From: a virus
Lineage: Duplodnaviria; Caudoviricetes
IMG/VR virus record: IMGVR_UViG_2974730439_000001
Coordinates: 35,849 to 99,848 of that record
Strand: one strand, 5' to 3'
Length of the DNA stretch: 64,000 nt
The notes beneath the pieces were generated by a model. The model had not been told where the DNA came from. It ran no database searches and was given only the letters and a program-made list of their open reading frames with translations. Both the position numbers and the translations under genes were made by a program. This document shows positions 1 to 8,216 of the stretch, one piece after another; position 1 is the stretch's first letter, and every line of letters starts with the position of its first letter.

Positions 1-198
1 ACATTCTTTTTTACATTTTTTAAGTATAAATCCCTGAGTACATAAGGAAGTAATTCTAGAAGGGCAATAGCAATTGTATAGATCACATCCTTGACACATA
101 CCTTTTACTTCATTCTCTACTAAAGTATAAGGTTTATTACCAAAATATACTTTCTTACCTAAGTAAGCTACTTCTTTAATTTGTTGCTGTTTCTTCAT
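1..198 (-). CDS. small Cys-rich hypothetical protein (runs off window edge)
   Basis: Hand translation from ATG at 198: MKKQQQIKEVAYLGKKVYFGNKPYTLVENEVKGMCQGCDLYNCYCPSRITSLCTQGFILKKCKKEC..., with no stop before base 1. Confidence 0.7.
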   Translation of the reverse strand, partial: MKKQQQIKEVAYLGKKVYFGNKPYTLVENEVKGMCQGCDLYNCYCPSRITSLCTQGFILKKCKKEC

Positions 199-271
199 AA
201 TATAAATATCTAAAGTAGGAGACTATAATCAGTCTATACTGTCTTAGACTGTCTTTAACTGTTATAGACAG

Positions 272-298
272 TAACGTATAAACTCTTATAAAAGTTTC
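272..298 (-). promoter_or_regulatory. candidate ECF-type promoter (GAAAC-N17-CGTTA)
   Basis: Minus strand reads GAAAC-17nt-CGTTA upstream of the gene starting at 198; the same motif occurs at 62514-62539. Confidence 0.45.
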
Positions 299-364
299 TT
301 TTATGATAAACTTTTTAACATTTGTTAAGAACAATTATAGCTATTTAATAGCTAATTTTTAACA

Positions 365-1225
365 TTATTTATGAATTAATTTATATAATTCATCGGCTAA
401 CTTCTTAGCATCTGGATGAGCTGCACCACTGCAACGTAATTCAAAGAAATGTTCCCAATCACTTTCAAAGCCTGTCATTACTAATTCTGTCTTAGTTGCA
501 TTAGGTAGTACTCCACGAGCTTCTTGAGGCTTCAAACCTTTATTTATTAGTAATCTATATTGCATTCCTGCATTGTTCAAACACCATAAAAAGTTATCTG
601 CTATGCCATTATCTGAAGGCAATTGAATCTTCATATTATCAATATCACACCAATCACCATCCCAATATGTGTAATCACCAGTAGGTATATTTAACCAAGT
701 AGGTTTAATAAAAGTAAGTTCATTATTGAATTTATCCTTACTGTAGTTACAATATCTTTGAGACTCCTGTGCAAAGCTGAATACTCTGTGTCTAACAAAC
801 TCATGACTTACTCCTCTATCACATATAAATTTAGCTGTAATACGCTTTTCATGATGCTCTGTAGGTTCTACTTGGTATTGTAAATCGTCTAATCTATTAT
901 TCTCTACTATTACTCGTAGATTAGTTGTCACATATATTGAATTTCCATGTTTACGAACTCTAGTATATTTCTTGTGATTACCATCTGACCAATATAGTCT
1001 AGCTGGTGGAAGATGTCCGTCTTCTGTTTTATCTATCTTTAAATATATGGTACCATGCTCTAACATAGCTCCATGACCAAGCTTAATCATACGATCTACA
1101 AACTCTTTAGCACTGTTCTCTGTTATCTTATCTTCAGACTTATAACAAGTTCTACCTGCTAATTCTATCATCTTGTAAGGGTCTTTCTCCTCAATAATCT
1201 GTACACTGGATTCTATTAATTTCAT
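365..1225 (-). CDS. thyX: flavin-dependent thymidylate synthase
   Basis: ThyX motif RHRVFSFAQESQR, plus GHGAMLEH and QEARGVLP...LR...AH. Confidence 0.95.
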   Translation of the reverse strand: MKLIESSVQIIEEKDPYKMIELAGRTCYKSEDKITENSAKEFVDRMIKLGHGAMLEHGTIYLKIDKTEDGHLPPARLYWSDGNHKKYTRVRKHGNSIYVTTNLRVIVENNRLDDLQYQVEPTEHHEKRITAKFICDRGVSHEFVRHRVFSFAQESQRYCNYSKDKFNNELTFIKPTWLNIPTGDYTYWDGDWCDIDNMKIQLPSDNGIADNFLWCLNNAGMQYRLLINKGLKPQEARGVLPNATKTELVMTGFESDWEHFFELRCSGAAHPDAKKLADELYKLIHK

Positions 1226-1491
1226 ATTATATAGTTATTTGTTATATATTATATAACGCAAATATTAAGAATAATTACAGATATTTAACATAAATTAAAC
1301 ATATTTTAAAAATAAAATATAAAAATTTTATAAAAATTTTTTGAGAGAGGTGGTGCGTGTGTGGAGTAGCAAAAGTTCACTCCCCTGCATTTAGTATCGG
1401 AAGGGAATACCCCCGTATTGTTCTTTATGGGCATTCTCTTTCGATATTTATTTGTTTATTTTTTTTGTTTTACATTCAAATCTTTATTATC

Positions 1492-2145
1492 ATGTTGTGT
1501 TATTTACAAAGTGCAGAATTAAGACCACGAGAAGGAAAATTACCTTTCTTTATATGCAAGTGGCAAGGTGTCGTAGGCGATACAAGTGCGGACAAAGTAA
1601 CGGATGAAGGAAACGGCGTTGTAAGAATTAATGTTAAGGCAGCTTTAGCCCGTAACATTACTCTGACAAAGTCCATATTTCCCGCTGATGAAGAAGCGTT
1701 AAGCGAATGGAAAAAGTTACTCAAGTGCCGTGTTATGTACGTTCCCGAAAAGAATGAAGATGGAACGTATAAAAAAGACGATAACGGTAATTACATTCTC
1801 AATGAGAGAGTAAAAGAGGAGAATAAAAACAAATGTGTAGTAAATTTACTTTACAAGCAAGTAGATTTAGCTTCTATCAGTGACGAGGTAAAACGCATTG
1901 AGTATACCACTTCTGACGGGCGAATAATGAAACAGAGCTTTATCACTGTTATTGGTTTTGCTGATGAAAAGGACGTTTGGGCTGAAGAAATCACGCCTGA
2001 AGAAATGGCAGCAAACAATCTTCGCACTAATCTTGCCAACGGTACGTATATCGATATCACGGATGAAGAAGAAGAAAAAGAAGCCAAACCAACCAAAACG
2101 GAAAGTAAAAAATCTACACAAGCCTCTGATGACGATTGGGATTAA
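1492..2145 (+). CDS. hypothetical protein with acidic aromatic tail (first + strand gene)
   Basis: ORF track frame 1357-2145; likely start is ATG 1492 (MLCYLQ...); ends ...SDDDWD and is followed by a terminator. Confidence 0.8.
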   Translation: MLCYLQSAELRPREGKLPFFICKWQGVVGDTSADKVTDEGNGVVRINVKAALARNITLTKSIFPADEEALSEWKKLLKCRVMYVPEKNEDGTYKKDDNGNYILNERVKEENKNKCVVNLLYKQVDLASISDEVKRIEYTTSDGRIMKQSFITVIGFADEKDVWAEEITPEEMAANNLRTNLANGTYIDITDEEEEKEAKPTKTESKKSTQASDDDWD

Positions 2146-2181
2146 CGGAGACGGTGGGGAAACCCACCATCCTCGTTTTTT
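2144..2181 (+). terminator. intrinsic terminator
   Basis: GGTGGG-GAAA-CCCACC core with an extended imperfect stem and a T-run directly after the stop codon. Confidence 0.75.
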
Positions 2182-2231
2182 AAGACTAATTGTTTTACCA
2201 AAATAGACTAATCACATAATATATAGCTTTT

Positions 2232-2396
2232 ATGGACAGAAGTGTAATAATTGCATTAGTTATTTTTGTTTTTCTTTGGATTGTAATACTAAAATATTGC
2301 ATTGAAACAAATGATTGGACTGGCTTTATTTACCTAAACGGTCTCGCTTTGTTGATAACAATATCATGTATATGGACAGACAAAAATAATAAATAA
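2232..2396 (+). CDS. 54-aa two-TM small membrane protein
   Basis: Hand translation: MDRSVIIALVIFVFLWIVILKYCIETNDWTGFIYLNGLALLITISCIWTDKNNK*. Confidence 0.55.
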   Translation: MDRSVIIALVIFVFLWIVILKYCIETNDWTGFIYLNGLALLITISCIWTDKNNK

Positions 2397-2654
2397 ACTT
2401 TCAAAAAAACAAGAGAATAGCATAGCGAAAATAATGCGCTTGTTCTATAAAAAACTCAATAACTTCCCAAGACATTGAGGGCACCAGTTTCTTATAATAG
2501 TGTAGTTGGCAGACGTAAGGGCGTACTCAGCTGCCAGATGAAGCAGTGAATTCTGTGGACTGATAGAGAACGTGTGACATTCAGGCTATGCGTTGCGCAG
2601 TTATAAGTTTTAGGTGTAAAATGCAATTTAATCATTAACTAAATAAACAATCAT

Positions 2655-2738
2655 ATGGATAGAGACACAGAATTAGGTATGTTATCAGTAATAATCATGA
2701 TGATAGTATTATATCTATCTATATGGTTATTTAACTAA
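2655..2738 (+). CDS. 27-aa single-TM peptide
   Basis: MDRDTELGMLSVIIMMIVLYLSIWLFN*, after an A-rich Bacteroidota-type leader (AAATAAACAATCAT-ATG). Confidence 0.45.
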   Translation: MDRDTELGMLSVIIMMIVLYLSIWLFN

Positions 2739-3317
2739 AAACAAACAGAGGAGTAGAAAACTGTGAACTACTCCGTCTTTAAGGTGAGAATCCTTAACAA
2801 TCCTGTGGGGCTTATATCTATCAAAAGAACTTACAGCAGCTTTTATATTAGCTTAGCTGGACTTTATGATAGTATTAGTGCAGACGTTAAAATCAGGAAC
2901 AACTATATTAGATGGCAATATTACCTTCTTCCAGTCGCAAATGTCATATAGTTTAATATAGCCAAGTTTGTTTCGTCCTTAGATTTACAGTATCTACCAT
3001 TTGTTTATTTAATCATTGTTCGTTCTTAATTATACAGATTGATTAATTAAGAATAACAGTAAGCGTACTGTTGTCAGTATATTTATATGTGAATATAGAT
3101 ATACTGATTGCACTCATTAAGGTAGCCTTCATGTGGCGAGTGTGTTAAGTAATAGGTCTAAAGAATCTTCCAGTTTGTACCTATGAAAACTAATACCTTT
3201 AACCGCCAGCTCACGCGGTATATAAGACAGGATTGCCGGACCCGCAGGTGTAACGAGATAAATACCTGCATTTTTTATTAACCTTGATAATTATCAAGTT
3301 GTAAACTTTAATTTAAT

Positions 3318-3400
3318 GCCCAGATGGCGAAATAGGTAGACGCTAAGGTCTTAAACACCTTTGACCATTGGTCGTGCGGGTTCGACTCCCGCTCTGGGTA
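3318..3400 (+). tRNA. tRNA-Leu(TAA)
   Basis: Acceptor GCCCAGA/TCTGGGT, anticodon arm AAGGT-CTTAAAC-ACCTT, long variable arm, T-arm GCGGG-TTCGACT-CCCGC. Confidence 0.93.
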
Positions 3401-3432
3401 CAATTAGTAATTAACATTAAAATCAATTTAAT

Positions 3433-3708
3433 ATGAAAGAAGAAAAACTTACAAGATTAAAAATTCTAAGAGCAATGTCATATAGACTCTTACATTTCCT
3501 TATAAAGGAAAAAATACTTAGTGTATTCTTAACAGAATGTTTACAGAATCCATATCGTGTATTACTTGTGGATAGAATATACTGTGATACTTTACCAAGT
3601 AATAAAATATATGAATTTGAGTGTTATTTTACATTTGCTAAATCAATTACGTTAACTGAAAGTATATGGTGGAGATATGCATTTAAATACAGGGAGGAGT
3701 ATTTATGA
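3433..3708 (+). CDS. hypothetical protein
   Basis: ORF track; ATGA overlap with the next gene. Confidence 0.75.
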   Translation: MKEEKLTRLKILRAMSYRLLHFLIKEKILSVFLTECLQNPYRVLLVDRIYCDTLPSNKIYEFECYFTFAKSITLTESIWWRYAFKYREEYL

Positions 3709-4016
3709 AAAGTCTAAATAGTATTACTAAATCTATAGTAGGTGCTATAATATTTACGCTTATAGTCATATGGATAGCTAATAGACTATCTGTTGCACGT
3801 GTTAACACAGCTACAGAGTTTTTAGACAATTATAAGAATTGTATAATAGTGAGAAAAGATAAGAGTACAAACGACTATATACTTACTATTAAAAATCCTT
3901 ATACTCAAGATATTAGATATCGAATTACTAATGTAGTTGTTCCTTCTGGATTATGGTATAACTATTCTATAGGAGATACCATTGGTAAGAAAAAGCAGAT
4001 ATATTTTAATCAATAA
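3705..4016 (+). CDS. hypothetical membrane-anchored protein
   Basis: N-terminal TM segment; C-terminal ...YSIGDTI. Confidence 0.75.
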   Translation: MKSLNSITKSIVGAIIFTLIVIWIANRLSVARVNTATEFLDNYKNCIIVRKDKSTNDYILTIKNPYTQDIRYRITNVVVPSGLWYNYSIGDTIGKKKQIYFNQ

Positions 4017-4020
4017 AAGT

Positions 4021-4389
4021 ATGAAAAGAGAAGAAATTAAATCTTACAAAGATGCTTGTAAAGTAATAGGTAGAAAACCTAGAACTTATAAGGATAAGCA
4101 TTTGAATCTGTATGAACAGCTTAGTACAATTATAGCTACTCTAAATTTCATTAGTAATGATAATAAACCTTGGACACCTAAGTTCGATTATTATTACATC
4201 TATTCTTGGTTGCACAGAAAAGATGGATATAATAAAACTGCGGGTTTGTTCCATTTGTCTTCTAACGATGGGTTGGCCTCTTCCTTTGCTGCTGTCGGGA
4301 CTTCTCTGAAGATAAAAGAAGAAGAGGATGGAAATTACATAATGGAAAACTTTGAAGAACTACTCCAAGATTGGTTTTGGGGAGATTAA
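4021..4389 (+). CDS. small protein carrying a remote DGR variable region (second DGR target)
   Basis: Likely start ATG 4021 (MKREEIKSYKDACKVIG...); contains TAGLFHLSSNDGLASSFAAVGT, encoded by a TR-like sequence. Confidence 0.85.
   Translation: MKREEIKSYKDACKVIGRKPRTYKDKHLNLYEQLSTIIATLNFISNDNKPWTPKFDYYYIYSWLHRKDGYNKTAGLFHLSSNDGLASSFAAVGTSLKIKEEEDGNYIMENFEELLQDWFWGD
4237..4302 (+). repeat. DGR variable repeat VR2 (remote)
   Basis: 66 nt identical to TR (63690-63755, - strand) at all 43 non-A positions; 17 of 23 TR adenines are substituted. Confidence 0.93.
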
Positions 4390-4414
4390 TTACTAATTTT
4401 AAAACATTATCAAA

Positions 4415-4879
4415 ATGGAAAATGAAATGATGGCGAGACCTAAACCGCCAAGAATAATAGTTTGGGTAGTATTAATAACTCTTGCCTTAATAGGCATGAT
4501 GGGAGCAATAATTTACGCAGAGCGTGAAAACATTGCTAATTTCTTAAATGGTGTGAACCAAGAAGAAGTACAAGAAGATCCTCAAGTTATCATTGAGGAA
4601 CCTGTAACAACAATACAGGATATTCTTGATATGCGTGAGCAAATGAGAGAAGACAGAAGAGTTGATAGTGTATTTTTAGCTATGCCAAAGGTAGTATTAA
4701 TTGATATTTTGATGCAACATGGTACATCGTTGTCTATAAAAGACATGATTTACATATATGAATCAAACACATCAACGTACAACACAGTATTATCTGGGGC
4801 AAGAGCTCAAAAATATCTTGATGACTCTATACAAACTCATGTTATATCAACGGTTGTAAATGACTCTATTCAGAATTAA
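4415..4879 (+). CDS. hypothetical membrane protein
   Basis: ORF track; N-terminal TM helix. Confidence 0.8.
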   Translation: MENEMMARPKPPRIIVWVVLITLALIGMMGAIIYAERENIANFLNGVNQEEVQEDPQVIIEEPVTTIQDILDMREQMREDRRVDSVFLAMPKVVLIDILMQHGTSLSIKDMIYIYESNTSTYNTVLSGARAQKYLDDSIQTHVISTVVNDSIQN

Positions 4880-5281
4880 AACCAAACCTTCTTTCTGTTT
4901 TAAATGAACATTAGAGTCTAGTATACTCAGTCTGTGAAGATAGAGTATACGTCCTCAGAAAATGACAAGCATGTGGGGCATAGTAAATACTATAATGGCA
5001 GATTGAATTAGTAAGGCATACGTATGCATATGTAGAACAAACCATTTGATTAAATGTATTTATGATTGTGCGAGACGTTAAAATCATGTACTCCAATAAG
5101 ATTTAGTTTGACAGCTATTTCTGCTTATGAGTTAAAACTATAGTGAGAGTCATAGCGTAAGTAACGATTGTAGTCGTTTATCTTTGTCTTATAACAAATG
5201 CTATAAACTAAGAGTTGGCACTAACTTAATTAAATCCTGAGTGTCCAGGCGTCATTATTAATCAATTTAAACGTTTAAATT

Positions 5282-5545
5282 ATGGGAATATTATCAAAAT
5301 TAACCAGAGCAATGCGTATTAGAAAAATACGCAGAGAAGCTAGGCAAAAAGCTTATGAAGCATTATGCCTATCACCATTGAAATACTCTAGAGCAATTGC
5401 TGAAATAGATTGTGTTATTGATGGTCACAAATGGAGTAGTGAATTTGATCCTAAAAAGGAAATAGCTAAAGGCACTACTAAGAGAGTATACTGCAAACAT
5501 TGTGGAGTATACTATCATACTCATACTTATAAAGAGAATATATGA
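5282..5545 (+). CDS. hypothetical protein with C/H Zn-binding-like motif
   Basis: C-x4-H-K-W...CxxC pattern (CVIDGHKW...YCKHCG). Confidence 0.75.
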   Translation: MGILSKLTRAMRIRKIRREARQKAYEALCLSPLKYSRAIAEIDCVIDGHKWSSEFDPKKEIAKGTTKRVYCKHCGVYYHTHTYKENI

Positions 5546-5769
5546 AAAAGTTAAGTAATGGATACCTAGAGACAACATTTAAAGTATTTTGTCGTAGTGA
5601 TGATACTATAGTAGACGAAACAGAAGCTTATATTAAAATAGACTCTATAGTAGGAATATGTAGAAGTATTAAAAGTAATACTACAGATATAATACTTACA
5701 AGTGGAGATAGGTATACAACTACAGAGAATTTTGAGGATTTCTGTATAGATTTTTTTAAAGAAAATTAA
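5542..5769 (+). CDS. hypothetical protein
   Basis: ORF track; ATGA-type overlap. Confidence 0.7.
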   Translation: MKKLSNGYLETTFKVFCRSDDTIVDETEAYIKIDSIVGICRSIKSNTTDIILTSGDRYTTTENFEDFCIDFFKEN

Positions 5770-5793
5770 TTTTAATCAATAAAACTTAAACAA

Positions 5794-6192
5794 ATGAAAC
5801 TTTTAATTATTGGATTTAAAGATGGAGTTGATGATGCGCTCATCGAAAATGGTGTACTTGCTCTTCAAGGTATAATGGGAATAGATGTTAAAGCTACTAT
5901 CTACACTGAAGATGAATTTCTACCTACTAATAAAAACAAGAAAAAGCCTGTGAAAAGCGATTTTATGGTCGCTATAGAAACAGTTAATGAAGTATGTGGA
6001 GGAGAATCAGACAGTATAGCTTTCCGTAGCTCTTTCTATACTCTTGTATTAAAAGGAGTAATACAGAGACCTATTCTTGAAGTACTATCATATGGTCCTA
6101 AAACTAGTAGAGATCTTGAATTTCTTTCTAAAAGAAAAGAAATGGAAAATATTGTAGAATATGCTCGTGTAGCTTTATCAATGATTTCATAA
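5794..6192 (+). CDS. hypothetical protein
   Basis: ORF track; A-rich leader. Confidence 0.8.
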   Translation: MKLLIIGFKDGVDDALIENGVLALQGIMGIDVKATIYTEDEFLPTNKNKKKPVKSDFMVAIETVNEVCGGESDSIAFRSSFYTLVLKGVIQRPILEVLSYGPKTSRDLEFLSKRKEMENIVEYARVALSMIS

Positions 6193-6317
6193 TGGGAAAG
6201 ACATTCAAAGATAGTAATTATGCCATGAAATATGGCAATACTAAGAAAACAAGATCACGTAGAGCTAAATTACAGCCTTATGATCGTAAAGCTAGAGACT
6301 ATGAGACTGATAAGTAA
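6192..6317 (+). CDS. 41-aa basic peptide
   Basis: MGKTFKDSNYAMKYGNTKKTRSRRAKLQPYDRKARDYETDK*; TAATG overlap with the upstream stop. Confidence 0.55.
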   Translation: MGKTFKDSNYAMKYGNTKKTRSRRAKLQPYDRKARDYETDK

Positions 6318-6489
6318 TCAAAAACTTAAAGCAACAGTAAATAATCGTTTAAAGAACGATTGCCCGTTACAATGCAATAAAAAACATTGTGATGTATGTC
6401 AATTCAGAAATGACAAATCTGAATCGATTCCAACAGTAACTACTAATACTCCTTCGCCAGAGGTATACGGTAGAGATATGTATTATTAA
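6301..6489 (+). CDS. small Cys-rich protein
   Basis: MRLISNQ...CPLQCNKKHCDVCQF; likely start 6301 within ORF-track frame 6232-6489. Confidence 0.6.
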   Translation: MRLISNQKLKATVNNRLKNDCPLQCNKKHCDVCQFRNDKSESIPTVTTNTPSPEVYGRDMYY

Positions 6490-6707
6490 CCCTAAACAAG
6501 TTAGTATGGTGCAGTCAACCCAAAACTACTATTATCAACCAGATCCCTAATGGAAGCTTAGTAACAACTAAGCTACTAAGCAAGAGTACAATGGACTATA
6601 CAACGGTCAACCAGTATCTAATATTGGTCTAAGATGAAGGAAAAGGGTTGCCTATGAATAAGAGATACGAATAAGTAGGATAGTAGTTTTTTAAAGAAAT
6701 TAAAGAA

Positions 6708-6980
6708 ATTGACTGTTAGGTCTATTGAATCATCGTAAGACTTCCGTTCGAGTCGGAAATGCTCCACTAAATTAAAACAAGGAAGTTATTAGGTTTCTTA
6801 GCCGTTAGGTTGCAAGTCCTATAAAAAAGAAACCCTTATCAATGGGGCATACAGGTTTTGATTGCGATAGTGAAGGTAGAATAGGTCAATAAGCAGATAA
6901 CTGGCAATACAAGTTATATTATGAACTATAGCCGTATTGCGGCGTAAGTTCAAACGGCTAAGCTAATGTCGTAGAAAGCT
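6708..6980 (+). ncRNA. ssrA: circularly permuted (two-piece) tmRNA
   Basis: 3'/acceptor piece 6708-6766 (GAC-TTCCG-TTCGAGT-CGGAA-ATGCTCC-A) lies upstream of the 5'/coding piece starting 6844 (GGGGCAT-ACAGGTTTTGA). Acceptor stem has G3:U. Helix 2a TTGCGAT/ATCGTAA. Resume ATAACT|GGC, tag GNTSYIMNYSRIAA* at 6903-6947. Outer ends are approximate. Confidence 0.88.
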
Positions 6981-7043
6981 GGAGCATATCAGGCTAGATC
7001 AGACGTAAGGGCTGTGAAGGGTTCGATTCCCTTCAATGCTACA
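6981..7043 (+). ncRNA. truncated tRNA-like element
   Basis: T-arm GAAGGG-TTCGATT-CCCTTC; imperfect acceptor GGAGCAT/ATGCTAC; no proper anticodon arm. Confidence 0.5.
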
Positions 7044-7064
7044 AAACTTTTAATTATCAAAATT

Positions 7065-7313
7065 ATGAGAACAGAAAAGCAAATAAAAGCTACTAAGAGA
7101 AATTTTGCTATTTTGTATCTTACTGGCTTATTAAAGATGCTAGATCGCATAGATTCTTGGACAAGAAACTATGCAATTAAAGGTAGCGTAAATACAGTCA
7201 GAAATAGTACTAAATATCTTATATTAGTATTAAAAGATACAAATATTGAACATTCATTTTATGGTTCACCTCAAAAAGATGTAAAGTATGAGTGTAAAGA
7301 AGGCAATCAATGA
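7065..7313 (+). CDS. hypothetical protein
   Basis: Likely start ATG 7065 (MRTEKQIKATKRNF...). Confidence 0.75.
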   Translation: MRTEKQIKATKRNFAILYLTGLLKMLDRIDSWTRNYAIKGSVNTVRNSTKYLILVLKDTNIEHSFYGSPQKDVKYECKEGNQ

Positions 7314-7569
7314 CTTGATCCCACCTGAATGGGATTATGTTCTTAGAAAGAACAAAGTTCTAACAAAGTTCATAGATTATATGTATGAATTTTGCGTACC
7401 AATTTACTGGAGAAATAATAAGTATCATAGAAAAGCAATTGAAAGAATTCGATTTAAATTTAATCGAGGAATTTTAGATTGTATTGATGCTATAAATACT
7501 TCAGAAGGATATCATTTTTGGAAGAAAATTGAATTAGAAATAGAAACATATAAAGAGCAAATACGATGA
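7288..7569 (+). CDS. hypothetical protein
   Basis: ORF track; TxEGxxFW motif. Confidence 0.75.
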   Translation: MSVKKAINDLIPPEWDYVLRKNKVLTKFIDYMYEFCVPIYWRNNKYHRKAIERIRFKFNRGILDCIDAINTSEGYHFWKKIELEIETYKEQIR

Positions 7570-7751
7570 ATAAAATTGAAATCATTCCTTGGGTTAAGTT
7601 TAATGATCCAGGAGTAAAACAAGAAATCGAAAAACTTGCAGAAAAGTCTACATCTAAAATGGATTTTCTTTCAAGAGTAAAAGATCAGTATAATTTATCA
7701 TTATCTGATGCTAAAATTGTTGCAGACAAATTCTTTAAAAAGGAGGTATAA
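7566..7751 (+). CDS. hypothetical protein
   Basis: ORF track; ATGA overlap. Confidence 0.7.
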   Translation: MNKIEIIPWVKFNDPGVKQEIEKLAEKSTSKMDFLSRVKDQYNLSLSDAKIVADKFFKKEV

Positions 7752-8210
7752 ATGTTAGAACTTAAAAGAGCTGGCTTATATATAGCCAATGGAAAAAACA
7801 CAAGTGTTTTAGTAAGAGTTGCTGGTGAATATCCTTATTTACGAGTAATTAGTGGCGTTCTATTGAACGATATGGAAAAAGACGGCACAGTTACTGTCTT
7901 AAAAGAAGATGATCCTGAATTGCAGGATATAGTATGTAATCCAAAGAACTATATCTTTGATCTTCCATCTGTAAGTAGTTCTATTAAGAATGAAAATGGA
8001 TTAAAGACTACTGAAAAGAAGTCTATCGAGTTTACAAATGAGCAATTCGATGAATGGGTTAATAAATATATTAACTTTACTAAAATGTACCCAGAACAGT
8101 ACAATGTCAAAGCTCAAGTAATGATTATCAGTGCAGGATTTAGCATATCTCAAGCTGATCTTATCATTCAACAAATTCAAACAAGACTTCGTTTACGTGG
8201 TATTATGTAA
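7752..8210 (+). CDS. hypothetical protein
   Basis: ORF track; abuts the previous gene. Confidence 0.8.
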   Translation: MLELKRAGLYIANGKNTSVLVRVAGEYPYLRVISGVLLNDMEKDGTVTVLKEDDPELQDIVCNPKNYIFDLPSVSSSIKNENGLKTTEKKSIEFTNEQFDEWVNKYINFTKMYPEQYNVKAQVMIISAGFSISQADLIIQQIQTRLRLRGIM

Positions 8211-8216
8211 AGTATT

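Noticed and set aside
1500-2206. Short antisense and alternate-frame ORFs (also 8720-8911, 9218-9535, 13721-14248, 25624-25923, 26906-27166, 38966-39214, 46874-47173, 60291-60611 and similar)
   Set aside because: They shadow well-supported genes and have low-complexity or atypical composition.
2763-2951. 62-aa ORF (and 4911-5096 on the minus strand)
   Set aside because: Non-ATG or poorly contexted starts within hairpin-rich spacers; more likely non-coding.
3400-3432. Theta (HDV-like) ribozymes at tRNA 3' ends, known from recoded gut phages
   Set aside because: The trailers of all three tRNAs are short AT-rich leaders with no recognisable nested double pseudoknot.
6844-7043. One-piece tmRNA using the downstream T-arm as its 3' end
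   Set aside because: It gives a G-A mismatch in the acceptor stem and lacks the GAC and the helix-2a partner; the upstream piece pairs fully.
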